From: Hormiphora californensis
Taxonomy: Eukaryota > Animalia > Ctenophora
Reading direction: 5' to 3'
DNA: 64,000 nt
Assembly: GCA_020137815.1 (NCBI GenBank)
Contig: CM035355.1
Location: 1,984,001 to 2,048,000 of the forward strand
Shown: positions 25,195-38,201 of the stretch, one piece after another
How the letters are laid out: every line of letters starts with the position of its first letter
Position numbering within the stretch: position 1 is the first letter of the stretch
Translations under genes and position numbers: made by a program
Notes under the pieces: model-generated
What the model saw: only the letters and a program-made list of their open reading frames with translations
The model's database searches: none
What the model was told of the DNA's origin: nothing

Positions 25195-25722
25195 TATTTT
25201 TGTGATGGCATGATGTGTGTGGGGTTAGGAAGCCTTTAAATTTCTCCAATAGAGAGAGAGAGAGGGAGAGAGATAAATGCCAGAGCCGAAGTAGTATAAG
25301 GTCATTTCGCAATCTCTCCCTCTGCTGATAGGCAGCACACCTGCCACCTGGCTAGCTGTATATTGGGCGTTGATGTTTGTTTGTCCGTTGCTGGATGATA
25401 TTATAGAGAGAGGGAGGGATAGAGAGAGATGCTGTTGTAATTCCATCTCAGGTCACGTGTCTACTCCCACGTGTCCACTCCCACGTTTGACTGTGGGAGA
25501 GATAGATCAATTAAGTTAATTTATTCAGATCACAGGTAAATGAGATCTCCGCCCACTCTGCTCTCTATCAGCTAATTAGGTTTCTAAGATCATAGACAGA
25601 GAGAGGGAGAGAGGGAGAAATAGAGAGAGACAGAGAGAGAGAGAGGGAGAAATAGAGAGCTACAAGCACAGCTTTGAAAGCTAATGGCAGAGAGCCAAAA
25701 GTACACGCCGGCTGCTTCCTTG

Positions 25723-25766
25723 CACGTGATATGTCACGTGATGTATGTCACGTGGTGTATCACGTG
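25723..25766. promoter_or_regulatory. Cluster of four CACGTG E-boxes upstream of gene D
   Basis: CACGTG at 25723, 25735, 25749, 25761 (12-14 bp spacing); two more at about 25454 and 25468. Confidence 0.5.
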
Positions 25767-26387
25767 GGTAGCTAATGATGAGAGAGTGAGAAAAAGAGAG
25801 AGTGGGAGAAAGAGATAGAGAGGGTAAAGTGAGGGAGTTGTATGGAATAGAGTGAGACAACTCCGGTTGACCTCTCTTCTGTGTTTGGCAACGACTACCG
25901 TTACTGAGAAGGTGTGAAGAGGCCAGGGAGAGAGGGGGGGGGCATATATTTCATGTTGCACAACATTAAGCCTTGATGTACCACATCAGTCTGGTGCATT
26001 GTTCACTGCACGTTGGTACATCTTGAGTCAAGGACCATTGACTCCTTTTGGTGTGGTGCATATCAAAAGCTAATGGGAGGGGCGAGTGAGAGTTCATACT
26101 GCATAGAAAATATATATCGTAGTGCCTACACAATGCATGAATGTAAGGGCCTAATTGCGTGACAACAGTTATTATAATTTGATGGCTGATGGCGCTAAGT
26201 GGGATAGGGAGAGCTCTGCTATGGTAATACAGTGTATAATACGCGATTCGAAAAACAAACATTGGGTTATAAAAACAATTATATTACTAACCTATCATCC
26301 TAGAACCGAATCTCTAATAATAGCAATATTCCCTAACCGTGTTTATCCTCTTTCCCTCCAGAGTCGACCCTCGGTGATCAACAGACT

Positions 26388-26866
26388 ATGTCAAGTGTTA
26401 CCCACCTCCACCTACGCCTTTACAGTCCGGGACTTCCCCTCTCTCCATGACTTTCCAGTATCAGGATGCCAATATCATTCCAAAACTATCCAAATTGGTA
26501 AGTAACATCATTTTAAATTTCTGGAGTTTTGGTGTCTTTTCAGGATTTTTTGTTCGAACAAGGCAACTTTAGAATAGCTGAATTCGTGAACCACTAATTG
26601 TAGTTGGTTTCCGGGTGTGACGTGGGGTTTTATTTCTTTGAGCAATTTGGTGGGTTTAATATGATTTCTGCGGGGAGAGAGAGAGAATTTTCAGACAGAA
26701 TATATGTGTGGAAATAGATTAGTGACGTCAATCACTATAATAGTGTAGTGAGGGAATTCGATAGAAAGGCTGGGAGAGAAATTTCTCTGACACTCAACCG
26801 TCCTTTCAAGGATGGTTGAGTGTCAGTAGACTGTTTTTTTTTCTTGCTCTCTCTCTCTCTCTCTCA

Positions 26867-26945
<79 letters not shown>

Positions 26946-29900
26946 GCTTTCTGCAAAATATCCAGTAAGAACAAATTAGATCATCAGTCATCACTGCAAC
27001 CCGCATAATTTGTGGAAATATTAGATCATCATGTTTTCCTGTCAAAACAAAGTCTCCGAGTAGTTGCAGTCCTAAATAAACACTATTTCATTAAATATTT
27101 CCACACGTGACTATATTTCTAGTCACGTGAAGAGACTTCTAGCCACGTGACCAGACTTCTAGTCACGTGACCAGACTTCTAGTCACGTGAAGAGACTTCT
27201 AGTCACGTGTAACACTAGAAATAATAATGAAATACTAGCCATTATGACAAACATGTAATGTGTAAGAAATGGGGAAGGGAGAAAGCGAGTAAAACTGACC
27301 GTCTTTCTAACCATCTCCCTCTCTCTCTCGATCAGCAATGGGAGGTATTGAGGAGATTTCAGACACAGCTCGATGAAAATTACGGTATCAAGGAGCTGTT
27401 ACACGCCAGAGGACAACAGAAAGTCATTAAAAATGACCTCTATTGCTTCATTCTAACATCACTGATCTATGTAAGTCAATTGGTTTCAGAAACTTACCAA
27501 TTTCAAAATAAAATATGACGTTTTTGACGAACTCCCCCTCCTGCAGACGAAACTAAAGGCACAACCAGTGACAAGTTCAGAACAGAAAGCACTGATCGAG
27601 AGAAGCGGAGCGGACCTTTTTATTTACAACCAGAAACTAAATGTCTACTCTCTTCTGACAATGATTTACAACCTGACCTACACGTACACCTTCCTACCCC
27701 TGGTGGACATGTTCGGATTTGTTGAATTTCACATACAGAAATACCCCGAGGACCAGAATAGGTTGGTGACGTGCGATAATGGAGAGTTAGAGAGTTTGTT
27801 ACTTTAACTAGAGGGAGAGTGAGTTTGTTACTTTAACTAGAGGGAAAGTTGGAGAGTTTGTTACTTTAACTAGAGGGAGAGTTAGAGAGTTTGTTACTTT
27901 AACTAGAGGGAAAGTTTGGGAAATGGGGTTCAGAACACAGTGAAATCGTTAACTCTCCCTTTAGAAAATGTAACCATTAACTATAATAGAGGGGGAGGGA
28001 GTTTGTATTTTTAAACTCAGTGTCCAACTCTCAATGTCCAACTCTCTCGTATATCAGGTTGTTTAGTCTGCTAGAGGAGTGTTTTCATACCATACCCCCT
28101 GCTAAACTTGTCGAGCTGAGACAGTTCCTACTGGGAAGTAAAGAGTTCTTGGTCCTCTTTGAGTCTGCAATGGATAAGAAACTGGCCCGGATGAACAGGG
28201 AGGGAATTGAGGCAGCCCGGGGTGAGGTTCAGAAACAGAACAAGGTCTTCCAGCAGCTGAACAGTGGTGTCATGCCCCCAGGTGAGTGTGGGAATAGTTC
28301 TCTTTGGGGGATGGTCCGTAATAAGATTTTCTAATTGTTATGATAGACCTATATATTTTTTAACCTTATACCATGCCGTTACCCATCACTCACATTTCCA
28401 ATCCAATTTGCTAATGTTGCCCTTTCTCTCTCATCCGCAGTAAACCGTCAAATGTTGACTGGGTACGGTGTTACGGGTGAATTCTTCAAGTTTTGGAGCA
28501 ACCAGCACGACCTCTACACGGACACCATTCGAACTGGAATACCATGGGTATGTAAATCAGAAGACTCTAATTAGATTTATTATTGCATGTCTCACTAATT
28601 ACCATGATTACTCTAAACAATGCTGTCGCTGTGACTCTCTATTCTTGGTTGTTATCTGTTCTTCTCTTTTCAGACTCCACCCCTCCAACACCCCGCATCC
28701 AATACTTCTATACCGGTTACCACACAATCTGCAAAGCCTGGAATGATTCCTAAAGTAAATGAGAAGGCTGTAGCACACTTGAGAAATGCTATCTCCGCTG
28801 CCACTGCTAGCGGGAATGTGATACCGTTACAAAAACATGTGACTCAAGTCACGGCAGCGTCGGATCAAGTCCCCCCGGTCACCTCGGGCCAGAGACTTGA
28901 GAGCCAGCCAGTGTCTAACACTACTACATCACCGACAGTCTCAGTTGCTCCTTCACAAATCTTGAAAGTGCCTGCACCCGAATGCTATGCATCTGCCACT
29001 AAGCAGCATGCTGTAATCACGACAAGAAATAGCACTATCGAACACCACCCCAACACTACTACTTCCTCCCAGGCACAATACCCTATCTCCTCCTCTGCTG
29101 CAGCAGTCCCCCAACAACAACAGAGACAGCAGGTTATGCCTAGTTATGCCACCCAACAAACCATTCCTACTTCTTCCGTCCAACGGCAGCAGACTATACT
29201 ACCTAGTCCCCCCTGTCAATACCAACTCGTCCCAATATCAGCCGGGGCTGTGGACAGAGCGGCCCACCTTGCAGCACAGGAGAGACTGCAGATCCAGCAA
29301 CAACTGCAACTACAACATGCCTGGTCTACCCTGTTACCCGCTGACAAGGAGAGGTTCCATCAGCTATCACCTGCTGACCAAACCATAGTGATCAATGATG
29401 CCGTTACGAGGGTCCAGCAACAGAAACAACAGTTTGCTGCCGCACATGCTTCAGGGCAACTGCAGCAACATCAGATGGCGCCAGGGCAACTGCAGCAACA
29501 TCAGATGACGCCAGGGCAACAGCAGGCAATGGTTCCTGGGCAGCAGCAGATGATGCCTGGGCAACAGCAACAGATGACGCCAGGTCAAGTCCCTGGACAG
29601 CAGCAGATGATGGCTGGTCAAGTTCCTGGGCAGATGATGATGGCCAACCAGGGTACTCTTCAACAACAGGGCATGGGACCTCAATGGGCTAACCATGTCC
29701 AAGCTGCCATACGAGGACCCCTCAATTCTCCTCCCATAGGAGTGGCCATAACATCACAGCAACGCTCTCCCCGGCAACAGTTGCCAACGCAACAGCAACA
29801 TCTGACACATACAATGCAACAGCAACAGTTGCAACATTTGGCACAGCAACAGATGCAACCTGCACCGCAACAGATGCAACCTGCACAGCAACAGTTACAA

Positions 29901-30763
29901 CAGCAACAGTTGCAACAGCAACAGATGCAACAGCAACAGATGCAACAGCAACAGATGCAACAGCAACAGTTACCACAGCACCAGTCACCACGGCAACAGC
30001 AACAGTTGCCACAGCAACAACAAAACACTGATGCTCAAGTAACGGTTGCCATTAAGAAGCTGATCAAGTGGTATCACAAGGAAGCAGCTAATGTTCCGGA
30101 ACTTCAACAACAAGCCTTGAACTGTGCCCGGCTTGAGATCACGAACAACCTTGAGGCCCTGTCTGAGATAAACCGGAAAAAGGAGGCCCCGCAGTACGGA
30201 ATGCTGAAAAAGCACATCATACACATTGTGATGTATTCCCAGATTTCAAAGATGGAAACTTTAGAGTTGTATCAGTTCCTGAGTGCCACCGGGAAGTTGT
30301 TTAAACAAATCAAGAATGGCTGGAAGATGGACTTCTTAGTTATAGAGGTGAGTTGGTGTTGTTGCGCTGTGAATTTAGTGTGCTGTGTTGCTATGGAACA
30401 ATTCTGTTGTTGCTACGGAACAATTCTGTTGTTGCTATGGAACAATTCTGTTGTTGCTATGGAACAATTCTGTTGTTGCTATGGAACAATTCTGTTGTTG
30501 CTATGGAACAATTCTGTTGTTGCTATGGAACAATTCCGTGTTATAACAGTGTGTGTTTTCAGGAGAACAATAGTACATTTACCCAGTACTATGAGAAACA
30601 GAGGGCGTTATATGAGCAACAGCGCCAGCAACAACAGCAGAAGATTCAAGATGAACAACAGGTCAGTCGAAATGTTTCTATTTCTCTTTCTTTTCTCGCT
30701 TTTTTTTCTCTCTCTAGTTTAATTTCCGGGCCATCGAGTTATTCTATTTTCCATTTTCTGCAT

Positions 30764-30850
<87 letters not shown>

Positions 30851-33800
30851 CCTTCTCTTACTTCCCCTGCTGTTTTTCCTTTCTCACACCCACTACTCGG
30901 ACCTACTTTTGTGATACTTTCGTCTGGGCCCTGCCGGTGTGTTTATCTTCTCCCTCCGCAACTGACATTATACCATTTCTCATATTACCTAGTTTTCTTG
31001 TCTCATATGAGACCCTCCTCTTCGCACCGGGCGTGATGTACAGTCAGTGTATGACAACAGTTTTCTTTGCTATCACTCAGATTGTGCAACAAGCCGCTAT
31101 CAACATGCAACAACAACCCCAGGCTCCTGTAGTACGTCAACCTACAACACCAGTAGCAACTGCCTCAGCAGCCGTTGAACAGGCACCTCCCAGGAAACGC
31201 AGGAAGCTTGCCTCCCCAACTGCTAGTACTGCTAGTAGTGGTGATACTACAGAGGCCAGCAACCAGCTGATCAGGTGTGTAATGTTTAGTAGTTAGCAGT
31301 TGTTCAGTCTCCACGAGATTTATAGGCTACTATAGAGACTGGAGACTCTCCAGTCTCTATAGTCTAAAAATCTCATCGCTCAAAATCTATCTCGTCAAAA
31401 TTGGTTTCTCCTAAAACTAAACTCCCATTTTCAGTGAAGTGAGACAGGAATTCCAGATCAATATCCCCGGGGAACCCTCTTACAGTCTCTTCATGACTCA
31501 GAGGGACGCTGCTGCTTTACAAAAGTAAATAAACACATAATCTTGTCATTTTTGGTCATAATTTGGTCATAAGTAATGACAAAACCTAATCATGTAATGA
31601 ATCGTTACATTTGTCTGCCCTTGTAGAATTTTTTCTGATCTCTAAAACCTTCTCCCCTCGCAGGAACCTCCTAGATGATGCTGCTAAAAAGGCTCGGCAG
31701 AATGTGATCACGATTGATGATGATGCACCGGCAGTTCAACCCAGCTGCGTGGAACCACGCAGAGCTGCACCCCCAGTGGCCACCGTACCACCAGTACCTG
31801 TAGTGGTAACCCAGCCAGAACCAGCCAAGTCAACTAACAAGCCGAGCAACAAGTCCCCAGACAAGTCAGCTAACAAGTCACCAAACAAGCCGACCACTAA
31901 GACACCGAGCAAGCCGACCGCTAAGTCACCGAGCAAGCCGACCACTAAGTCACCAGCCAAGTCAAGTAGCTCTAAGAAGTCTCCTGTCAAACCGACCAGT
32001 GGCCAATCCTCGGATAAGTCCTCTCCAAAGGACGGACTGAAGAAGGCAGGAGATAAGAGGAAGGCTCCTACTACTCCTGGTACAGTCAGTACCACTACCC
32101 CGGGAGCTACCTCAACTACTGACCCCGTTGCTATGGAGACAACACCACCCTCCCCTCCCCAACAACCAACATCCTCCAGCACTTCTAAGAGTACCGAGTC
32201 TGATGTGAGCGTTACTGCCACCTTGGAGACACTTGACTCAGGAACTATTGGAGGTGAAGAGGCCCAGTCTGCTAACCCACCTGCGGTAACCACTCCTAAA
32301 CCAGAGATCCCAGATCATATCAAGTTGTGTCCCTCTCCGGACTCTACCTCAGGTTCCCAGGATCTCCCTCCCCCACCACCACCAGCAGCAACCCGGACTG
32401 CACCCAAGAGGGCCCCTACAATGGAGTTGTTCAGTGAGATCCCTGACCTTGATGCTATAGAGGAACAAGAGGAATATGATGTGGCGTGGTCTTTAGTGTC
32501 CGAAGCGATGAAGACTCTTGGAGACATGAAGAAGAAATTTGTAAGTAAAGATATTAACTCTACAGCTTCCGAAAAGAGAGCATTACTGTAATTGTTGTGT
32601 TGGTATTAGTCTAGTTGTGTATGTAATCCGATGTAATACTGTGTGTTTTTAAATGACTGAGACTGTTCAAATCGACACAGCGTCAAAAGTTGTGAATATT
32701 TTGATCTGAAATTTTAGGACAAGGTAGATGGCTACCTGCCATTTATTGTACTCGAATTTCAGCAAAATCGGTCGTTCCTGAATGAACCTGTAGCCCAAAA
32801 ACCTCCTCTAACTTTGAGCGCTCAGATATCTGCAACCTGATGAGGTAGAGAGCTCAAACTTTCACAATATGTTCATTAGACAATTTACAAACTTTTGGTA
32901 ATCAGCCCCCAGCCATGTGTTACACCGATTCTGTAATTGGTTCTGACTTCTGAGTGTGGCAAAGTGTGGCGCTTCGTCAGCAGACGTGATCATAGTGTCT
33001 GAAATCGTTGACAAGGTCACGTGACTAGGCTCTGTGGTAGAGCGTGGCGCTTCGTCATGACAAGAGAGAGAGGGAGAGAGAGAGAGAAAGAGATAGTGAG
33101 AGAAATAGAGAGAAAGGAAGAGAGTCACATCTTCTTCGTCATGACGAGAGAGTTATACTCAGCAGATAGAGAGAGCGAATCGGTGACACTAGACGTTGTT
33201 ATCATGTCGAGATGTTCCACATCTAATCACGTGACCTTGTAACAAGAAAGAGAGAGAGAGAGAGACAGCACACAGTGGGTAAGAAACGGGGGGGGATGCT
33301 ATATTAGGGAATTATACTTTGTCTAGGCATCATTCAGACATTGCTTTGTCTTAAATAGCCCTCAACATGGACATAAAAGCAAGTTAATATGCCTAGATAC
33401 CAAAATTTGGACTTTTTACACCCGGATGAGGCTTGAGGACACTCGACGGGAAGTCTATTTTCGTTGAAAAAAGGGTAGAAAATTGTTAAGAAGCGGATAA
33501 GTCAGTAATAACAGGGGCAAGTGTGTGACAAAAGATTTTCACCACAAATGTGTCCATAAAGGTCATCTTTATCGATTAAAATCGATGGCATCATTTATTC
33601 GTGGTAAAAAGGGTCCATTTCCGGGTGGGCGTGGCACCTTTACTTTGAGTGTAGGGTTATAAGTGTAACTACACTTAGGAAAGGAGTAGAGATAAAATTA
33701 AGGGCACTAAAGTGTGTAGCGTCCTCGCATTAGTGGGGGTAGGTGCTGAAATTAAGTCGCTATCTCATCTGGTTAATTAGATAATTGGATAATTAGATAT

Positions 33801-35658
33801 GCGCATAGCCGCATTTTGGTAATTGTGGTTCAAATGGTTCATTATCGGCCATATATTTAAAATTTATGTCTTTTTTCATAACTATTATATAAACATGGGC
33901 ATTTTCTATCGATTTGCCAAGGGAAATTGGGCTAAACTTACTCTGAACCGGTTAAACCGTATAATAGCTAAATACGGCTATGCACATATCTAATTATCCA
34001 ATTATTTAATTAACCAGATGAGATGGCGACTTAATTCCGGCACCTACCCCCACTAATGCGAGGACGCTACACATTTTAGTGTGGTTATAAATGTCTCTAC
34101 CCCGTTTCTAACGGAAGTTACATTTCTCCTTCTCCAGTTTTTATCAAAATTTCTAAGTTTAATCGCATAATTATGCAACTTTTGCATCCAGTCCGGTCGC
34201 AATCTCCACTTGTACGATGTTCAGGAGGGTCCATATTAACATGTTCCATCAAGAAATATGGCGCCGTCGGGCGCCGTCTAAACTATTTTTACTTTTTTCG
34301 CTTAAAAAATGGGTCAATTTTTACCATGCACACGGAATTTTTCACTGAGAGCAGACAATAAAATATAATTTCATGAACTTAAAACTGCAAAAAAGATAAA
34401 TTTATATTTTATAATATCATGTAATGAAATTTTGGAGAAAACATGTACATAATTCCGAAAAAAAGGTATAAAAACAGCCAATTTAAACTTTGAAAACTGA
34501 ATTAAGTGTGAAAATTTCCATATGCGCATCATATTTTTAGTCATAACTCGGTCGTATCTCAATATTTTTTGATTCGACTTTTTTTAGCTGATAGAACAGA
34601 CAATTTCCTACAAATATACGAAGTTTCAGCAAAATTTATTTTTTTCCCTAATATAGCATCGTTACCCACTGTGCAGCAGAATGTAAAGGGAGAGAATTAG
34701 AAAAGTTTGTCTGGATTTCAGCTTGTGACCGATTTCGGACACTATGATCACGTCTGCTGGCGAAGCGCCACACTTTACCACACTCAGAACCAATTACATA
34801 ATCGGTGTAACACATGGCTGGGGGCTTACCTCCAGTAAGACACGCGATACGTGATACCTGAGTGCAAAAATGCTCCCAATTAGGCCGACTTACACCACTT
34901 TGCCGTGTTCCTGCGAAGGAACTAAAAAAGATATCGCCAAACCAAGCAGCCAAAAGTTTGTAAATTGTCTAATGAACATATTGTGAAAGTTTGAGCTCTC
35001 TACCTCATCAGGTTGCAGAGATCTGAGCGCTCAAAGTTAGAGGAGGTTTTTGGGCTACAGGTTCATTCAGGAACGACCGATTTTGCTGAAATTCGAGTAC
35101 AATAAATGGCAGGTAGCCATCTACCTCGTCCTAAAATTTCTGATCAAAATATTCACAACTTTTGACGCTGTGTCGATTTGAACAGTCTCAGTCATTTAAA
35201 AACACACAGTAGTTGTGGGAAGAGTGTGTACTGGTTAGTAGTTTAGTAAGTTGTGGAACTCCCCACCAATATCGTTCTAACACTCTCTCCCCTCTCAGAA
35301 AACCCATGTCAAGGAGATTGAGAGGACCCTGGCCACTGCAGATCCCCAGTTTGCCTCCATGTGGGAGAAGCTGAAACTTGAAACGGAGCTGAAACGGGAT
35401 GAGACTGAGAGGAGGATAAACACTCTGCCTGAGGGTAGGTTTAGTTTTATTCTTGTGAGCTACTAATATTGCTAATCTAAGAAGAAACTCCTTAATTAAC
35501 TCCCTAATTAACTCCCTGATTAACCTGTTTCTCCATCTCAGTACTGCTTCGAATCAGTGAGAAGGACCCTGATAAGAGTGGTCTTAAACAAGAATAGGAA
35601 TAGGAGGACACCTCAGCTATTTAGGACTAAGAGGACACCCCTCGCCCCCAACTACTAA
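26388..35658 (+). CDS. Orphan gene D: large Gln-rich, low-complexity, probably nuclear protein
   Basis: Exons 26388-26497 (1-bp indel at a C run; alternative ATG about 26447), 27336-27470, 27547-27761, 28058-28281, 28441-28547, 28674-30347, 30563-30661, 31081-31274, 31435-31524, 31664-32540, 35299-35434 and 35542-35598/35658 have canonical junctions and consistent phases. PolyQ tracts, NLS-like PRKRRK, KSP-type repeats. Confidence 0.75.
26846..26942. repeat. (CT)n microsatellite
   Basis: Direct observation. Confidence 0.95.
27104..27209. repeat. 20-bp tandem array carrying six CACGTG E-boxes in the first coding intron of gene D
   Basis: Unit about agtcacgtga(a/c)(g/c)agacttct; CACGTG at 27104, 27124, 27144, 27164, 27184, 27204. 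Confidence 0.9.
27781..27915. repeat. Intronic minisatellite, about 4 copies of a ~33-bp unit
   Basis: gagtttgttactttaactagaggga repeated just after the 27761 donor. Confidence 0.9.
30387..30536. repeat. Intronic 22-bp tandem repeat, about 7 copies
   Basis: gttgctatggaacaattctgtt repeated inside intron 30348-30562. Confidence 0.9.
32639..35209. mobile_element. Tc1/mariner-type non-autonomous transposon with ~255-bp TIRs, in an intron of gene D
   Basis: ta|CTGTGTGTTTTTAAATGAC...GTCATTTAAAAACACACAG|ta. TIRs about 32639-32894 and 34953-35209. Extra inner IR (about 32908-32973 / 34760-34825) and a nested IR module at about 33660-34125. No transposase ORF. Confidence 0.88.
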
Positions 35659-36154
35659 AGAATGACACCACTATCTCTCAGAGAGAGCGAGGAGACTTTA
35701 TTTTTAACATAACCTAGTAAATTTTTATATGATTCTTAACTTATATTTTTGTTTTGTGAAAGGAGTGTGTGTGCTATTTTAGCTCAGAAAGTCAGATCAG
35801 GACATGTTTGATTGTTGTAGACCAACTCTTTTATTTTTGTCGTAGAGTTGTCAAGGTTTGCCAGCTGTGAAAGAGCTGAGTAAAAATGGTAGTTTCGGAT
35901 CGAAATGTGAGAAAAACATTATAAAAATTAAAAACTTTAAAAAACAAACAAAAAAACCGAAAAATTATTGGGTAAGCACTGCACTAAGCACTAAGCTTTC
36001 GTGCTTTTGTCTTATAAATAAAAGGTCAAACTTTGATCATTAAAAAAACAACCAAAATGACTGAAAAGGCAAAAAATGTGTGATTTTGAATGTGATTTGA
36101 AACAATTGTGGCACTAGAATTAGAAAAAAATAAAATGATAGAAGTAGAACTAAG

Positions 36155-36282
36155 GTGAAAGCGAAACAACAACGAACTGGTTGCGCATACCGTCACGCAT
36201 TCGTTGTGCATAACGATCTCACCGAGATTCACATGCGCAACTTTGCGCAACAGGCAGCCAGTTCGTTGTTGTTTCGCTTTCA
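36155..36282. repeat. Short palindromic element
   Basis: gtgaaagcgaaacaacaacgaactgg ... ccagttcgttgttgtttcgctttcac. Confidence 0.75.
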
Positions 36283-37590
36283 CTTGTGTGACTCCATAAT
36301 GGCCCTAAATTTCAGTAACTCAGAAAAATTCAAAACAATGTTTTCTCACTGATCTCAGCTGAGTGCTAATGATGTACATTGTGTACAAGTACAGTGTACA
36401 TTGTGTACAACTACATTGGGTACAAGACGCAAGTTGTTTATTGCTTGTGAGTGTGGAATCAGTTTCAGAGAGAGTGTGTTTCTTGAACAGAAACGCTCTA
36501 ACTTATAACTTATTTTAATGCGATTAATTAAATTTTACTAATTCTTTTGTTACTGTTACCTCATACCAACTATTCTACTTTCTATCAAAAAGAAACGTGT
36601 TTAGAATTGTTCGTTCTGGTAATAGTGGCTGCCAGGCCAATGCTCTGAAGTGTGTAGTGGGTCTCGAGATAGTTAAAGGAAACCGAAGCATTAGCAAAAA
36701 TAGCTAGCAGTAGAACTCACTCGAGTTTTGTGAGATTTCCCGCGGTCATTGCTCCACCCCTTACCTAGCTTGATGATATTGAGACTTGAAATGTTGAGGT
36801 TAGGAAGAACTCGACACGATTTTCCTAACCTCAACACGTCACGTCTCTATCTCATCAGGGGTGGAGCAATGCCCACTGACGACCGTTGGAAACTACACAA
36901 AACCCTGTATGGCGCCGCGACCCCATCTGCATCTGAGCCATATAGTAGGCAAGGTGTGAGCTTACGGAAAGGCGAACAGCTGACTGAGCTATCAGGCCTG
37001 ATCAGGCCAATGCTCTGACCACTTACTCAACAGCTGACCACGGTTCTCGGGTGTTCCGCGTTTGAAGAAATGAGAATAGGGTCAGGCAAATGCTCTAAAC
37101 AAAGCTGTCAGAGCATGAGCAGCATGGCAATGTCATACCTTAGTACGGCCATCCCCTTACTCAACAAGCCATCAATATTCATCATCAAGTAAAGCGGGGG
37201 GCGACAGTCTGAGGTCGGTCAGATTAGGTTGACGTGTCGCCAGACAGCAGGGTGAGCTGTCAGGCCAATGCTCTGACCACAGTTCTTGCGCGCTTTGGGC
37301 ACGTCGCGCCCCTCATGTTCGCGCGCCCGTAGGGCGATCCCCTCACATACTACGGGGCTTGCCCGCTTCGCGGGCAATTGCGCGCTCCGAGAGAAACGAG
37401 AATAGGTCAGGCCAATGCTCTGACAGAAGGTGAGGGCTAAAACCTCCCGTTCTGCCCTGTCAGAGCATTGGCCTGACCCTATTCTCATTTCTCTTGGAGC
37501 GCACGAGAACTGTGGTCAGAGCATTGGCTTGACAGGTCCTGCCAGACAGTTTCAAGAGTAGTAAAGATTAAGAAGAAACTACTCTAACTC

Positions 37591-37767
37591 CTGTCTGGCG
37601 CCGCGACCCATCTGAGCGCACTGTAGATTTGAGAATCAAATGGGGTATGGCGCCGCCATACAGTCTAACCAAGACCGATATCAAACCCCTATCTCAGCAT
37701 AGTGCTGTCTGGCGGCGCTAAATCCCGATTTGATTTCGACAGTGCGGGGGTCTGCGGCGCCAGACAG
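37591..37767. mobile_element. Two adjacent copies of a tiny MITE with CTGTCTGGCG TIRs (37591-37663 and 37705-37767)
   Basis: Same family as 63658-63745. Degenerate 8-bp TSDs tctaactc/tctaacca and gcatagtg/gcacagtg. Confidence 0.7.
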
Positions 37768-38201
37768 GCACAGTGGAAAAGTCAAAACACATATCTTTTG
37801 CTGGGCAGAAAAAAAATGAAAAATAAATAATTTCAACAATTTCAAAAAAAATAAAACGATCAACAAAATAATGTACTGTCAATGCTTTGAGTGTGACAGA
37901 TAATGTATATGTGGTATGAGTATCACTCGAGAAAGAAATAAGATTGACTCTTTTCAAACAGACATAGTAACAAGAATGTACAGGGTGGTGTAGTCGAGAC
38001 CAGCTCTAGATTGCCTACAAGTACGTACAACAGATCACACGGCACAAACGCGACACGCTAGTGTTCTTTACACTGTCATGTTCACGACAGAGATAGGACA
38101 AAAGACTAAACATGTAAACCGCCAGTTGTTTCGTCGTAATGGGTTATAGCACTTATAAATCAATAATTTTAACCACTCTCTTACTGACAACAAACAGATA
38201 G

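Noticed and set aside
30348-30722. Cys-rich C-terminus of the 659-aa ORF and ORF 30353-31036
   Set aside because: Read-through into an intron containing a 22-bp tandem repeat; splice sites at 30347 and 30563 give the real frame.
29451-32527. Minus-strand ORFs (poly-Cys, VAV repeats and others), likewise 23430-24314 and 56941-57414
   Set aside because: Antisense shadows of low-complexity + strand exons.
12400-35700. A complete Polinton/Maverick or endogenous virus
   Set aside because: No pPolB exonuclease/polymerase motifs, integrase, packaging ATPase, capsid or protease ORFs, and no terminal inverted repeats or TSD found.
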